A stretch of DNA of 64,000 nucleotides from a virus. The DNA is taken from IMG/VR virus record IMGVR_UViG_3300025131_000006; one strand, written 5' to 3'. The notes beneath the pieces were generated by a model that worked only from the letters and a program-made list of their open reading frames with translations, made no database searches and was not told the DNA's origin. Each line of letters opens with the position of its first letter. Position 1 is the first letter of the stretch. This document shows positions 62,810 through 64,000 of the stretch, piece by piece. A program made the position numbers and the translations under genes.

Positions 62810-63568
62810 ATGTGGATACGCGGGTGGGATGCCCTGACTGATATAGAGAAAAAACTCTGTCGTATTTACTTTGAACGGAGAGCTTGGTGCTATGCTCCGC
62901 GTCATTCCCGGTACGGAAAGTATGGCCACAAGGGTGTCAAGTTCGCACGGAAGTGGCACAAGGTGGAGAACTTTCTGACTTGGGCGATCCCTCGATACAA
63001 AGCGGGGTGGTGGTTGATCCGCTTGGATTTATCCAAAGGGTATGGTCCAGAGAATTGCGATTTCATTGATCCGAAGCAGGCGATCCGGCAACGTCAAAAC
63101 CACAAGCTCACGCAGTTGACGGCATTTGGTGTGTCGAAGTCACTGTCGGAGTGGGCAGAAGACGACCGAGTGATTCATCCTGCGACGACGCTATCGACAC
63201 GAGTGGGTGCTTTGCGAAAAGCTCTGGCTCTGAGCTTGGACGATCCGATCGGCGTGGAAGATGCCGAGTACTTGCTGGTGGCCCCGCGTCGCCAAGGCGT
63301 CAGGTTGGACTTTCCGAGTCTTCGGGAGAGTGAGGCGTTTGCAAGCGAAGCGATATGGACTGCCGAGCAGGAAGCTTTGGCAGTGGAGAAGCACTTGCCG
63401 GTGGTTGGGATTGTGGCTCCGGAGCCACCGACTCCGGAGCCAGAGTTAGATCTTTCAGAACATCTGATGCGCGAACTCGATGTGATTGAGATTGCCTTGT
63501 CGGCGGTTGAGGAAGAGGGTCATCTTTACAGCGTGCTCCGAGGAGGTTTGGGGGTTCTCCTCAAGTAA
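62810..63568 (+). CDS. Degenerate phage HNH-type endonuclease-like protein
   Basis: CYAP...YGHKGV...W..VENFLTWA...IRLDLSKGYGPENC...AFGVSKSLSEWAE. Confidence 0.65.
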   Translation: MWIRGWDALTDIEKKLCRIYFERRAWCYAPRHSRYGKYGHKGVKFARKWHKVENFLTWAIPRYKAGWWLIRLDLSKGYGPENCDFIDPKQAIRQRQNHKLTQLTAFGVSKSLSEWAEDDRVIHPATTLSTRVGALRKALALSLDDPIGVEDAEYLLVAPRRQGVRLDFPSLRESEAFASEAIWTAEQEALAVEKHLPVVGIVAPEPPTPEPELDLSEHLMRELDVIEIALSAVEEEGHLYSVLRGGLGVLLK

Positions 63569-63712
63569 ACAAGGACTCGACGTATTACAATGCATCTGTG
63601 GCCTTGAATGTGGCGGTCAAGGCGATCTCCCGGATGATGCCAAGGTATGTGGTAGAGTATGTGGAGGAGAACTTGCCAGGTGTTTTGGACGATTTCACTC
63701 AGAGGTTGAAAG

Positions 63713-63910
63713 ATGAGTAAGCTCAGTGAGACTATTGCTCGGTACTGCCTTGAGGAAGGGAGTATTGTGGACTGCGAGGTGTTCGAGGATTGGATTGCGG
63801 CAGCAAGAGAGCAGGAGCGAACGATCGAGGAGATCGTCCAACAGAGCATGGAGCTTCGGGCAGAGTTGGAGACCGTCAAGCAGCTTGGTCGAAATGGGAT
63901 TGTGTCGTGA
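63713..63910 (+). CDS. Small hypothetical protein
   Basis: GAGGT RBS; short helical ORF. Confidence 0.5.
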   Translation: MSKLSETIARYCLEEGSIVDCEVFEDWIAAAREQERTIEEIVQQSMELRAELETVKQLGRNGIVS

Positions 63911-64000
63911 TGTGCGATCGCAGCGATTATGTGGTGAATCGGGCTTTGATCTTGGTCGAAGCAGTGGACAGTTTGAAGGTTCTCAAGTACGAGCTTTGCC

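Noticed and set aside
1-64000. Stop-codon reassignment implied by the UUA tRNA
   Set aside because: Core genes are full length under code 11 and end at TAA, TAG and TGA where expected.

Overview
This 64 kb window is a gene-dense, almost entirely + strand segment of a large dsDNA tailed phage. Its prohead protease, scaffold, major capsid and portal resemble those of SPO1/Twort-like myoviruses. In order it holds: (1) a replication/recombination block (SF2 helicase, DnaB-like helicase, primase, CobS/CobT-like MoxR-VWA pair, sigma-like factor, UvsY-like mediator, gp32-type SSB, RecA, single-chain SbcD-SbcC fusion, RusA); (2) terminase large subunit, class II ribonucleotide reductase, a probable small terminase and a ParB-like protein; (3) a head module with an intein-split portal, large putative head-internal/ejected proteins (one fuses ADP-ribosyltransferase + kinase + Nudix, another carries a GNAT), protease, scaffold and capsid; (4) an RNA island with canonical tRNAs, a tmRNA and several aberrant tRNA-like RNAs. 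Four signals are not explained by standard annotation: a 15-bp palindrome RTTYAGYNRCTRAAY found at least 19 times at about 3-kb spacing, mostly at gene ends; a shared 14-residue C-terminal tag LxxAAxxR(R/K)KxSDW* on four otherwise unrelated proteins; tRNA-shaped RNAs with large structured inserts or broken anticodon loops, plus a UUA (ochre) anticodon tRNA; and a recurring GF(G)-hydrophobic-x-K-(S/A/G) motif in head proteins. All calls come from reading motifs by eye; no database search or folding program was run.
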